A DNA stretch of 63,732 nt, the filler included, from Intoshia linei (Eukaryota > Animalia > Orthonectida), in assembly GCA_001642005.1 (NCBI GenBank). It is 8 parts of 8 records of this genome, joined end to end, with 100 filler letters (N's around TTAATTAATTAA, not from the genome) between each part and the next. Parts side by side here need not be neighbours in the genome. Positions count along the whole stretch, not along the records: positions 30,492 to 51,196 come from LWCA01000672.1; positions 51,297 to 54,402 come from LWCA01002186.1; 6 more parts are not named here. One strand, written 5' to 3'. Shown here piece by piece: positions 39,109 to 51,596 of the stretch; the stretch's first letter is position 1; each line of letters starts with the position of its first letter. Both the position numbers and the translations under genes were made by a program. A model generated the notes under the pieces. That model was not told the DNA's origin, made no database searches, and saw only the letters and a program-made list of their open reading frames with translations.

Positions 39109-39338
39109 AGTCAAAATCTCATTTAACGAAAATGGCAAAACGTTAAAATGGGATATTCGTTAAATGAATTTAACGAAAATATTAGAAATGTAAAAATAAC
39201 CATAGATTAATTAAACGATCAATTTATCTACGTAATACTAGATAATGCTATTTAAAATGTAGACGTTCGTTAAATGAATATTTGTTAAACAAAAAATTCG
39301 TTAAAATTTAACTTAATTTAATTTTATGAGATTTTGAT
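39109..39338. mobile_element. Tigger/pogo-like MITE
   Basis: TA|CAGTCAAAATCTCAT ... ATGAGATTTTGATT, with repeated TTAACGAA/TTCGTTAA subterminal motifs. Confidence 0.6.
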
Positions 39339-39429
39339 TAACACTTTTTCATATTCATTTTTAGTATGTATACAAACAATAGTAAGTTTATAATTGTACT
39401 TTTTGTATATATACGTTGTTGTATTGTAA

Positions 39430-40290
39430 GAGTTAAAAAAAATATATCTTCAGGGCTAAAATCACAAATTACTTTTTTTTTTAATGAAAACAGCCCTGGG
39501 ATTTAAAAAAATTTTCGGTGGTACAGTTGCATCCTGTTAACACACATAACAAATTTAAATCTGAATAAGTTACTCCTTCACGGTCAAAACAACATTTTAC
39601 TATTCATATATTTTTTTCCAAAATATTTTATTAAAACAAAAAATGTGAAATAATTAACAGTTCGAAAATTAAAAAAAAGATTATTCTGATAGAGCTTATT
39701 CCAGTTGATATAAATACAAAATTTTAACCCCAGAATCTACGCATTCCCGGTGAAAAATTATTCGCGATTATTTAACAAGATCTGAACTTCATTTTTTAAG
39801 TTTTTGAAAAATTTTCAATTTGTACAGTAATTATTTTAATTTTCTGTTTCCGTTATTATCATTATTTTTAAATTTACAAAGTATGGATTTTGCTTAAATA
39901 TTATATATCGAAAAACTCGATTGTTTTTTCGTTATATATTAAGATTTAAATTGTCGGCTGATGCATGAATATTTATCAAAAAATAAATATTTATTCTAAA
40001 TTGTGGAATTATTGTAAAAAATAAAATAATAAATTCAAATACGTAATGTAATTACATAAATGTTGCTATGTAAATATTAAGATTTATATTGTTATAGTTA
40101 TTCAAATTTTTATTTGAATAGTTTTTGCAACTATTTTTGTCAAAATATCGAAAATAACCTGAATTAAAATTTTAATTAAAATAAAAATTGAAAATGTGAA
40201 TATTGATCCTACAATTTTAAAAAAATGTGCATTGAACTTCTACACATTTCCAATAAAGAAATATAGATGAAAATCTATATACACTGTATA
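39430..40290 (+). mobile_element. Helitron-family internal segment (continues at 41230)
   Basis: Near-identical blocks to 53730-54200 (GATTATTCTGATAGAGCTTATTCCAGTTG..., CTACGCATTCCCGGTGAAAAA, ATTGATCCTACAATT). Confidence 0.7.
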
Positions 40291-40295
40291 TTATA

Positions 40296-41229
40296 CAGTG
40301 AGGCCTCTCAATATCGCCACTATTTTTCAATTTTGTAACAAACTTATAAGGAAAATTCTCCATACCGTCAAACTCAATAACGCCCCAAATTTAAAAAAAT
40401 TGTCAAAATGTTACCAGTAATCTTCAACCACTCGATCAAGAAATAATTAACTCATTTAAGGTAAAATTTAATAAAAAAAACTTTATGGGATCATCAACCA
40501 AATTGAGACAGGAGTTAATATATACATAGCATACAAGAGTGTAAAGGATGCCATTATTTATTCACACTTGGCATGGAGTGATGTAAAACAGGAAACAATA
40601 GTGAACTGTTTTAAAAAAGTGTTTAGTGTGGACGAAAATATTCTTATCGAATTTAAACCTGAGTTAATAGATCAATTTTCACGAGGAATTTTATGGAATG
40701 ATCCTGTGAGTGCTGAAGTTTTTAATCGACTTAATCATACTGAAAATGATGCAATTATAGACATAGAAGATGAAATATTAATAATACAAATACATTGGTA
40801 CATTGCAATGTACTAAATGAAGACGACGATAAAATTAAATCCGAATTTAAAACAGAAAAGTCAGAATGTTATATGACTTCAAAAACATTAAAGAAATATT
40901 TTGACCAAACTGATTACTTAAATTCAAATCATGGATATGCTTAGTAAAGCATTACTGTTAGATGGAAGGAGGAAAAAGGATATAAGGGATTATTATTATA
41001 AAATATAAAATTATTGACAATTCTTAGTTGTTTGTATTCTTAAGATAATAATTATTTATCATTTATAGTATCTTGATTTCATTCTATTATATTGTTTTGG
41101 TTCGTTGAATTATGGTTATTTTACTTTATATAATTATGTTTATTGTGTAACCGTTCCTATAACGATATACCCTCAATACCGCCATAAATATTGAAATACC
41201 AAAATTGGCGGTATTGAGAGGCCTCACTG
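40296..41229 (+). mobile_element. Tigger/pogo deletion derivative
   Basis: TIR CAGTGAGGCCTCTCAATA(T/C)CGCCA at both ends with TA TSD; transposase relics LQPLDQEIINSFK and AWSDVKQETIVNCFKK. Confidence 0.92.
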
Positions 41230-41823
41230 TAATTCATTCCTTCGCAATTTTTATATCTCAAATTCTTATTTTTAAAACATTTTGTTTAAAATTTAAATTA
41301 CAACCACAACAACTAATTACTAAAAGTAATACAACTTTGTTATTATCATTTTTATATTTATTGCAGTGGCGTAGCGTGACTTTTCTCGCAAGGTGCGCGG
41401 GAATAGTTCCTTGGTAACATAACCTTTTAAAATAAAGTTAAAATTAATACTAAAATATAAAGAAATGTCTATAAAATATAATCATTAGATTATGTTCATT
41501 TAATGGTAAATTATATTTGTAATGACTAGGGCAAGTTTTTGTCAAAAAAGAACTTTCATATAATTTGCATTTGGATTATTATTAATTAATTATTATGGTC
41601 AACTTTCATATCCCAAAAGAAAATTTATTATGTTTAATATCGAATCGAGCTTCATATAATGTGAATGTTGCTAATATTCACCATTATTAAATAATTAGGT
41701 CAAAAATATGTATTTATTTTTTCAAATATTTACACAGTTTATATTTATTTTATCTCGATGTTCGACTTATCTCTGAATAATTAACACAAAATATATTAAA
41801 TATCTGTACAAATTAGATGATTA

Positions 41824-44248
41824 ATGCCCTATTTTGATTGTGTAAAAAATAAAATTTCTTGTTTAACATAATATTTAGTATTGCAAAAACAATTCACCAA
41901 ATTGTCCAAGATGTTATCCTAGACGACACAATAGAAGAGATAGACACGAAGATCGGGTAATTTATGAAGAAAGAAGACGTAGATATGAAAGCCCATCTAA
42001 TCAAAGCTATTCACCAGTTAGTCGCAGACAAAGAAGAAACGTGGAAGTAAAAGAAAAAAAGTATGTCAAAGTGGTCCCAGTTTATAGAAAGTCTCGTAAA
42101 CCGCCAGAACAAATTAAAAAACCACACGAATCGACTTATTCGAAATATATCAAATCGGAAAGCACTACCCCAAGCCAAGTAAATCATTCCTATGTTCCGC
42201 AAATTTTACCTGGCAGTACAAGATTTTCCCAGCCACCAGTGAATTATTATGCTCCCATGCGTATGCCTGTGAACATACCCGTTGAAGTTCCAATGAACTT
42301 AGTTGGACAACCCCAATATGTTCAACCTCCAATTATGCAATATCAGCCAGTTAAGGTTTATCCTAATGTACGGGCGAGGCTTCCGGTGGTGAATCAAAAT
42401 CAAAATCCATATGTAAGATATGTCTCAGCTAATCAACCCGTCTATCAGTCGAATCAAACAATGTCAAACAGAGTGCCTTTGAATTATACTAATACTGGTT
42501 ACATAAATAATTCTCCTAGTAACCAGAGATTTGTTCAATACATCCACCCGCAAAGTTCTGTTAGAAGCGATCAATATAGACAACCTAATTTGAATCCATA
42601 CTCTCAACAGGTGCAATATATTACAAATAATGTTCAGCCAAATGATGAGAGGAGTCCCAGTTACTTTCGAATGAACCAGCCTAAATCTGTGTATCCTTTA
42701 AATCAAAATATGTATCCCAATCAGCATAATCAATCTCAATATTTAAGTGGATTCACTTATCCTAATCTAGATACCAATGTGGTAGGTGGTAATGTAAACT
42801 CGCAATCCATTAATATGCAATCTAATTTATTCGATGCAACTAATTCAAATTCTAATAACAATAATCACGTAATGCAGTCCGTTGATTCTTATGATAATTT
42901 AACAAAATTTAATCATGGTGCGACCAATTCAACAAGCAGGTTTATTGATACAAATTTGAGCCAAAATCCCAACGTGAATCCAAATTTAAGTCAACTGATA
43001 GTGCCAAATGTTAATCCAAACGTAAACTCAGTTATGAATAATTTTCAACATAGTAATCAATCTGTAAACCCCAACATGGTTTCCAGTATTAATTCCTCGG
43101 TAAATCCTAATATGGTTCAGAACGTGAACCCTAATATGAATTATATTAACCGTAATGTGAGCCATAGCATGACTCCAAATATAAATTCGTTTGTCAACTC
43201 TAACACAGTTCAGAATATGAATCAAATTACGAACACTGCCATAACTCCAAATATGTATCGGAATCTGAATTCAAACTTTAATAATAATAATAGTTCTATT
43301 AATCAAAGGTCAGCCACCAATATGAATCAAAACCTAAATTATAATAAAAGTCCTACAGTTAATCCTAATATGAATTCTTCCAGGAACTATAATATGGGAG
43401 TAAACATGAATCCAAATATAAACACTTCTTTCAATTCTAATGTGCATCAGAATATAAATTCCAATCAAAATTTTAATGAAGATCCAAATATGAATTATAA
43501 CATTAATTCCAACACAAATTCAAGAATGAATCAAAATATTATGAACAACTCAAATTCGAATACGATAAATCGATATTTAAATATGAACCCTAATTTAAAT
43601 GCCAACATGAATGTCAATGCAAATCAAAATATCATGTCTAATCCAAATTCAAACTTGAAACAAACTATCAATTATTCTAGTACGCAAATGAATCCAAATA
43701 TGATTAGTCGAAATTTACTTGCTGGAAATATGAAATTACAGAATAATGAAAGCATTCTCAATAATTTCAGTCATAATTATCAAAAACCAACTAATGATTA
43801 TATTGACACACCAATGGACCAATTCAATAAAGGCACATTTGATAACACTAATACAACCAAAATTAATAATAATGCCATCATTACGAGTTTAACAAAGGAA
43901 ATTCAGTCTCCCAACTCAAAATACATTAAAACTCAAAATAATGATAATTCCGAAGAAACAGAATCCGATTCATCAAAGGATTCATCATTAGACGAAAAAC
44001 TATTGGAAAGTTTGAATAATTTAAACAACTTTAATCAAGATTTTAATTCCAAAAAAATGTACAATTTAAAAAACGTTGAACATCAACTAAAAGATGTTTC
44101 TAGCAAATTGAGTACACTAAAAATTGAAAATGACATGGTTACAGTGTCCTTTATACATGTTGAAGTACGTGTTACGTTATTAATAGTGTATGTATTAGGG
44201 TATGAACATTTTAAAAATATTCAATTTGCACCCAATCTTACTTCTTAA
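41824..44248 (+). CDS. Orphan low-complexity protein: N-terminal CxC-x6-CxxC, R/S-rich, P/Q/Y-rich, Asn-rich NPN repeats, acidic patch, short coiled coil; exons 41824-41841 and 41879-(44137 or 44248)
   Basis: Frame of the 735-aa ORF is open back to an AG acceptor at 41878. A 37-nt GT-AG intron (41842-41878) joins MPYFDC|YCKNNSPNCPRCYPRRH. 3' end may splice at ENDM|gttac. Confidence 0.75.
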
Positions 44249-46338
44249 CTGTTAAAAAAACCCTGGGGCTTCGCTTCTAAAGTTTTGAACAATATTTTGC
44301 TCACATTAACTAATATATGATAATTTTATTAAAAATATTATTTTAAATATAAAATTTTTTATACAAATAGCTATAAAGGTGCGTAAAATTATCGTCTAGC
44401 GAATCATTAACGCCAAATTGATAAAAAAACCGATTTTAATGAGAAAACTGAATAAATAAAAAAAATGAAATTGAAAATTAGTTGTTATGGAAATAAATAT
44501 TACTATGAAATTTAATATACAAAATAAATTAAATTTTGCTCATTATTTATATTTTGAAGTGCTTTGCTCCAGGATTTTTTTTAATCCTTTTTATATAATT
44601 TTTTGATAATTGTGTATCATTAAACTCTATCTTTAACGTATGGGGTGGAACTTTTGTATTTTCGCAAAAAAAAAAGCCAATAATTTTAACTACCACAAAT
44701 TCTGATACAGCTTTTAAAATCATTATTATCATTATCAATGATTTTTTTTAAATTATAGGGTTTTTAACCTTGAAGTTTTTAATTTCTGAAAACCAAATTT
44801 GCGATACTGTCACTTTCGAAAAACGTTATTAGAAAATTGGTTGGTTTAATTTCTAGGACTTATAAATTTTTAATTAAACGGTAACACAAAGACATTCCAA
44901 ATTAAATTCAGAATTTAACAGACTCGTTGTAGTTGGACTTGGAACAGCCCGTATATTTATACCTATATCTTACGTTTGATAATACTTTTACATTTTTAGT
45001 TAATATTCAACAAGTATAAGGACATGCTAAACATAAAAAACACTATTGCAACAATAAATTATAATGATATAATACTGGAATCAAAAGAAAGTGATAAATG
45101 TGGGAATTCCTTAAAATGGAGTTTTAACCAGAAGATGTGAGTTTTATATACGTATAAGTTGATAATAGCTTTTCAACGAACATGACTTTTTTATTACATT
45201 ACAAAGATGTTTAATTGACTACTTTTTTTTAATTTTTGTTTTAAATATTAGTCACTTTTCAAAAGGATTTTAGTAATTTAGTATTTTAAAAGGTATGTAA
45301 CCGATCAGAGCCGTCGATAATCTAAAGTGGGTTTGATCAGAAGAAACTGATGGATATCTATATAAAAATAAAAAAACATACCATTGTGCGATCTGATGGG
45401 TTTATTGACAAAGTACTGCTTGGTATCACCATTCGAACAAGTTAATATAATATTGTATTAACAAAATTAAAAAATATTATAACATTACCTATTAAATTAA
45501 AATAGTCGACCCTTTTAAACGCTTTCCTCTCACCTAATAATGGCGTGTTTTTCATAATTAGTTCATACTATGTAATTCATAGTTCATTGAACCCATTTAA
45601 TGGTATTGTAGGTTAATTATACTGTTAACCTTTATATAAATTAACTTTAATATTTAGCAGAATATAAAAAATTTTTTCATAATATGTATGATTTATTATG
45701 TTAAGTATTTATTCACGGTAGTAAAGAGATTAGATTTGGAACAGATGATAATTTCAAAAATATTTCACTTTTAAAAATACTCATTTATTAAATTTTAATA
45801 ATAGGTAAAAGTGGAATTTTTCCTAAAGGGTTGGCAAAATTGTATTTTTACTTAAGGATTGATTTATTTATGGCTCTAAACAAAAGCCTCTAGTATAAAA
45901 TTTGATATCAATAATTTTTTTAAATGTTTTTAATAAAAATTTTAAGTGATTATAAAAATAAAAAACAAACAAAAGAAATAAAGTAAACAAAATTTTTTTT
46001 AAAAAAATCAAAATAAAACGAAAAAGTGTTAAACTGTTACGGAATTGAAAATTTGAAATTTACATTCATTATTAACACGTAGCAGCTCGTTCAAAAATTA
46101 TTTTATAACGTAACTACTCGTGTGGGTATAAAAAGATCCTATACTATGAAATGTATACATTCAGTGATATTAATATAGTTATAGATACAAAAATGTAAGT
46201 ACAAAAATAGGACATGATTACATAATGAAAAGTGTAAAATTATATTTAGTGACAAAATTTATTACAATACAACATAAGCCGGTATTCACAAGTAATTCGA
46301 TGAGATTTACAGGCATAATTTTTACATTTCATACAGAA

Positions 46339-46860
46339 CTAGGTTGACTGTTATGTACTACAAACAAACAGCACCTAGCTTTGTCGAGGGCACATTTTTA
46401 TTATACCAAAAAAATAAATTCACGTTGTAAATCTAACTTAAAAATCCTACTATTCACTATTATCAATTTTTTAAAGGAGTGGTTCCCAAATTTGTTTCAG
46501 GTGGAACCATCATATCACATTACATTTTACTTTAAAGTGAATTATTCCATCTTAATTTTTTGTTTGTTAGCATTTGCGTAAAGAATTTTAAAAAATAATT
46601 GTTGTTCCATTTTTTGAATTTATTAGACAGAATGTGTGTATAATATTAAAAATAAAGTAAAAACAGTTCAATACTAAAAATTGTCATAAAGGTGTGAGTT
46701 TTGGAAATTGAAATTTATATTATTATATGTAAAAATTGTCATAAATAGTATAAATTAAAAATAAATAAAATTAAAAAAACCGATTTTGTCATTTTCAATG
46801 TGATGATACATACATTATGTTGATGTATATATTCACTACCAATTTAATGAATACTTAAAA
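46339..46860 (-). mobile_element. Helitron 3' region; near-duplicate of 60520-60865
   Basis: A|CTAGGTTGACTGTTATGTAC...AACAGCACCTAGC then shared block to GTGATGATA...TACCAATTTAAT. Confidence 0.75.
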
Positions 46861-47960
46861 ATACCAATTATGTATCAATAATTAACGGAATCTTCACTTT
46901 ATAAATATATTTTAAACGAATTTACCAAATATTAGAAAGTATTGTAATAAATATAAAAATGATAATAACAAAGTTGCATTAATTTGGTAATTCGTTGTTG
47001 TAGTTTAAATTTGAAACAAAATTTTTTGAAAATGAGAATTTGAAATTTAAAAATAGCTAGCAATGAAAAATTTACGAAGAAATGAATTATATAGATTTTC
47101 ACCCATATTGAGCTTTAGAGTTAAAATTTTTATTAACGGAATTTTTGGTTAAATTAATTAATGGAATTTACGTTAAAAAAATAATCCGTGAATAAGTACT
47201 TAGACTGTGGTATTAATAATAACGTTTTAAATTAATTTGGCAATATACTTGTATATAATAATAATTAGTTGTTTGCGATGAGATATTTTATAGGTCAACG
47301 AGGTTATAAGTTATAATACAATGCATATTGAATGATAAAATGTATAATAGTGTGTATTTGTTTTATTGGAGATGGGCCATAAATGTTAATTAAACATATA
47401 ATTACAATATCATATAAATTCAAAACAATATATATTTGGACGATATTTATAAAAAAAATTTCTTTAATCCTCACCACGTTAATAATGTAACATTTAGATG
47501 TTTTTATTATACATTAAATGTTTATTCCTCATTAAATCGAAAAATTTAAAAATTTAAAATAGGGATAGAGAAGATTTTACATTAATTTTAAAATAGTAGC
47601 TTATATGGAGTCATTAAAAAAATTATTACTTTCAAACCAACTTATTGTGAACTACCAGTGCCTGACCAACCGTAAATAAGATATCTTCTCATATGACCTG
47701 TCGTAAGGGTAACACGGAAAATACCTTTTTTATATATTGGCGGACGCCCATGGGCGGACCGATTTAAAAATTTATTTTTTGTATTGGTACTAATATTTTG
47801 CTACCTATTGCTTTCAAAGTGCACTGATAAATATATCGAAATTGGTAGAGGATAATAGTAATGATGTAGATGTAATCAAATAAAAAAATTGGTTGGATGT
47901 GGCCGGGTAATAATTGGATAATATCGGCTGTCGCAGATCTCTCTAATTCTCTAATTCATA

Positions 47961-48628
47961 CAATCAATCTTGTTCAACATGAACACCTCATATAATGAAA
48001 ATTTTTTATATATGAACATAATTATTAAAAACTAATGGTAAAATTTGAGTTTGTATGAATTTGTAATGAACACGTTTGATTAAATACTGTGAACACGTCA
48101 TGTATTTAAAAACAATAAAATAAACATACATTCTTACATTTTAACGATAATTTGATATTCTTTTGATAATTTTAACCCTTTAACATAAAAAAAGAAATAA
48201 ATCGTCGATATTAGACAAACAAAGGATTCTAAAACAATATGATTTGATCATATAATCTACGCCTATTAAGTGACGATGTAAATCAGTTGTGGAATTTTTA
48301 TAATTCATCATTTTACCACAAATAGAGCATTTAGTCTTTTCGGTTTCTCGCTTAAAATATTTCTATACATTTTTGTAGAACATAACGGTTATCTTAAAGA
48401 GAAATACCAAATTAATAAATTAAATCATACAACTGAATTGAATTACCGTAAAATGTATTTTTGTATTGTAATACCTGAAATTATTTTGTTTTTACAAGTT
48501 TAAATTTATTAGCGACAATTAAAAATGATTATACCTTGAGACAAGAATTTTCGAGAGCAAGCACTAGCTATAACATGAACAATGATAAAATTTGATAGCC
48601 TCATGTTCATATTGAACAGGATTGACTG
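47961..48628. mobile_element. Tigger/pogo-like non-autonomous element
   Basis: TA|CAATCAATCTTGTTCAACATGAACA ... TGTTCATATTGAACAGGATTGACTG|TA. Confidence 0.8.
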
Positions 48629-50139
48629 TATATTAAAAGTTAAACAAATTCAAAAAAGATTTAAAATTAATTTTTAAACGATATTTAGAAAGAATTATAA
48701 GGAAATAAAAATATTACTATATTAAATATATGAATAATAATAACAATATAAATAATATTAATACTGATATTGGTATTATAATAACGCAGATATCATCTTT
48801 TTAACCAAATTAAAAGTACAATAAAAGAGCAGTTTCGGTTGTCAATGAGCCCTATAAAATTCGAATAACTATTATTTCTTTAAAATTAACTAGTTTTGAA
48901 ATAATGCGTATTATCAATCTCAATTATATCATATTTAGAAATGTACATGTGGGATATGGTCAATTTGTTATAAATATATTAGAAAAGGTGAACTATTAAA
49001 TATATAATATATTTTCTATTAGTACCCATCTCCCAGAAGATGACAATTCTTTGAATTCAACTTTTAACCACCAAAATATGAGAGTGCATCCCTTTTGATT
49101 TAGTTTTATTTTACTACTAGATTTATTTTGAGTTATTTTTCCTGTGTTTTATTTTATCTAATTTATTTTGCCGTTTAAATAGAGCAATGGTTTTCTCCAT
49201 AACGTTTAAGGGGTGGAAAATCATTTCCTTGGTGTCATTTTCCTATAATATTTCATAAAATACACAATCTAAAAAATATTTTTTTAATACATGACTAATC
49301 TCTAAAATAATGAAAATTATAAATTTTTCAACAAACTACATTAATACTAATACAATTGATTATTAATATCAAAGAATAATCAAAACAAGGAATATTTATA
49401 ATATTCTTAAAGGTAAGTTTTTATTTTGAGGTTTTAAGTTTATTAGTGTTATTCAGACATTAAATAAAAAAATGTATAAAAGTATAATTATATATCTGAA
49501 AGGTACATTTTTTATTAAATTTGACTAATTAAACCAGAAATACCGATAATGGAAAATTTAATAATTTGTAAAATTTTCCCTAAAAAAAGCATACCAATAC
49601 TTTAGGTTAAGACAGAATCACCCATAATGACACGTAATTTTCAATATTTTGAAAAGGTACTTTTTTGAAAATATAACGATTTATATATCCCTGATATATC
49701 AGGAACGTGGAAATTGTTACCGTCTAATCTACTATAGACTCCCTACAGACAGAAACCTGATTATTTTTTAATTTTTTTATTATTTTATATCATTATTTAT
49801 ATCTACGCTTATAGAATAAAAAAAAGATGAAATATCTGGGTGGAAATAAATTTATCAATAACGTGGATCGTTTAAAAGTACAGTATCCCAAAGTTATAGA
49901 CATGGACTATACAACAAAATATGGAAAAGTAAAAGGAAAAATTAATCTAAATTTGGAGTACATTGTAATTTAAGTTATAATTATTTACATACTGTATATT
50001 AATTATAATTATATGCATTACATTAATTATTTGTATTAATATTAATAATTTATTTACGGTTTCACATGGAATGATTCATATATGAATTTTTACTAAAATT
50101 GCAAATAAATTGTACTTAATTTCATAAATTCAACCACTT

Positions 50140-50245
50140 TTACTAAACATCAAAATTTAACAACTCTTAAGGGAAAATTCTAGTTTTACCAACCCTTTAG
50201 AGAAATTCTAATTTTACTAACCCTTAAGCAAAAATCCACTTTTAA
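50140..50245. repeat. Degenerate ~28-31-bp minisatellite (AATTTTACCAACCCTTAA...AAAATTCC)
   Basis: At least three units here; related arrays at ~18735-18800, 23875-24040, 45805-45860 (reverse) and 50975-51090. Confidence 0.55.
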
Positions 50246-50455
50246 TTCTTTGAGGATACATCGCACGAGTACGTGCGTGATGGATAATATCAATAAATTA
50301 TAAAATTGCAAAAGCCTATGCGATAGAAAATATAGACGAATTTGAAGATTACATAAGGCGGTACGATAGTTAATTATTTAAGTAAACAATCTAAAATGTA
50401 GTAGCTTCTAATTTCTTATGGAATTTAGCCTTAACACATTAAAGTATCTATAAAG

Positions 50456-50767
50456 CAGTGTTTTCCAACCGTGGGGTCAGGCTCCACTGGTGGGCATGAC
50501 GAAATTTTTGGTAGGGTCTACGACTTTTTGGTGGGGCCTGGGAAAGGCGGGATTAATTTCAATTAAATTAATTAATTTTCACATATTCGTTATCAGTGCA
50601 TAAAAACACACCTATATGCAAATATACTTTTTGATCTTTAAAAAAGTGGACACCCTAATAAGCATGTATTCATTTTTATGAAAATAATTTTTTAGTAAAA
50701 TTTCAAAAATAAAAAATTTTTTTAGCACCCTTGAAATTAATTTTAGCACCCGGTTAAGAAACTCTGC
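50456..50767. mobile_element. hAT MITE
   Basis: CAGTGTTTTCCAACCG ... CGGTTAAGAAACTCTG imperfect TIRs. Confidence 0.6.
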
Positions 50768-51296
50768 TTTAGTGACTATCTAGTAATGTTTGGTAATTTA
50801 GGTTGTACACTGTACACTAGGGCAGTGCTGCTCATGGGGTGACTGTGCACCCCAAGGGGTGAATAGTTTTATGAGGGGTTGAATACTAAAATTTTAGATG
50901 ATTGTGGGTGAATAGGAGTGAATGATAAATTTTTAACATATTTTATTCAATTTAGTCAAATATGTGAAAAAACCAACATTTTACCAACCCTTAAAAAAAA
51001 ATCCCTATATTAGATCCCAAAAGAAAAAACCCAATTTTATCAAAATTTTATATAGAAATTTCTCTATCTGATTCCAAAAGAAAAGACAAAATTTAGATGT
51101 TTCGTGTACAAAATTGACTTAACTTTTTCATACATTTAGTTTAACCAAATTTCAAAATCAAATTTTTTTATTTCTGAATTATAGTGGTATCTACAANNNN
51201 NNNNNNNNNNNNNNNNNNNNNNNNNNNNNNNNNNNNNNNNTTAATTAATTAANNNNNNNNNNNNNNNNNNNNNNNNNNNNNNNNNNNNNNNNNNNN

Positions 51297-51575
51297 ATTT
51301 TTTTAAATTTAAATTTATAATAATATTTATGATTTTAAAATCCGTATCAGTGTATATTTTTTTTAATTCTCCAACTTGTTTGATTTTCAAAAAAAAGGAC
51401 AATTGAGGTGTTTGACCCGTAAGATGTGAATTTGGGAGGTTGAAATTTAGTTTGCGAACACCCGGAAAAAACTGTAATTGAAATGTGGACTTTATAAAAT
51501 TCTAAGACGGGTAGTTATTTAAATAAAGTTGAACACACACACACACAAACAAAAATCACGTAGCAAATTATATAA
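51297..51575 (-). mobile_element. Helitron-family 5' portion
   Basis: Same block as 620-898, with (CA)n and AAAAATCACGTAGCA. Confidence 0.7.
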
Positions 51576-51596
51576 TATAATAACATTATATTTTAG

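Noticed and set aside
50279-50302. GC-rich hairpin CATCGCACG-AGTA-CGTGCGTGATG (also 47738-47760)
   Set aside because: Isolated, no tRNA/snRNA features or terminator relevance in a eukaryote; likely TE debris.
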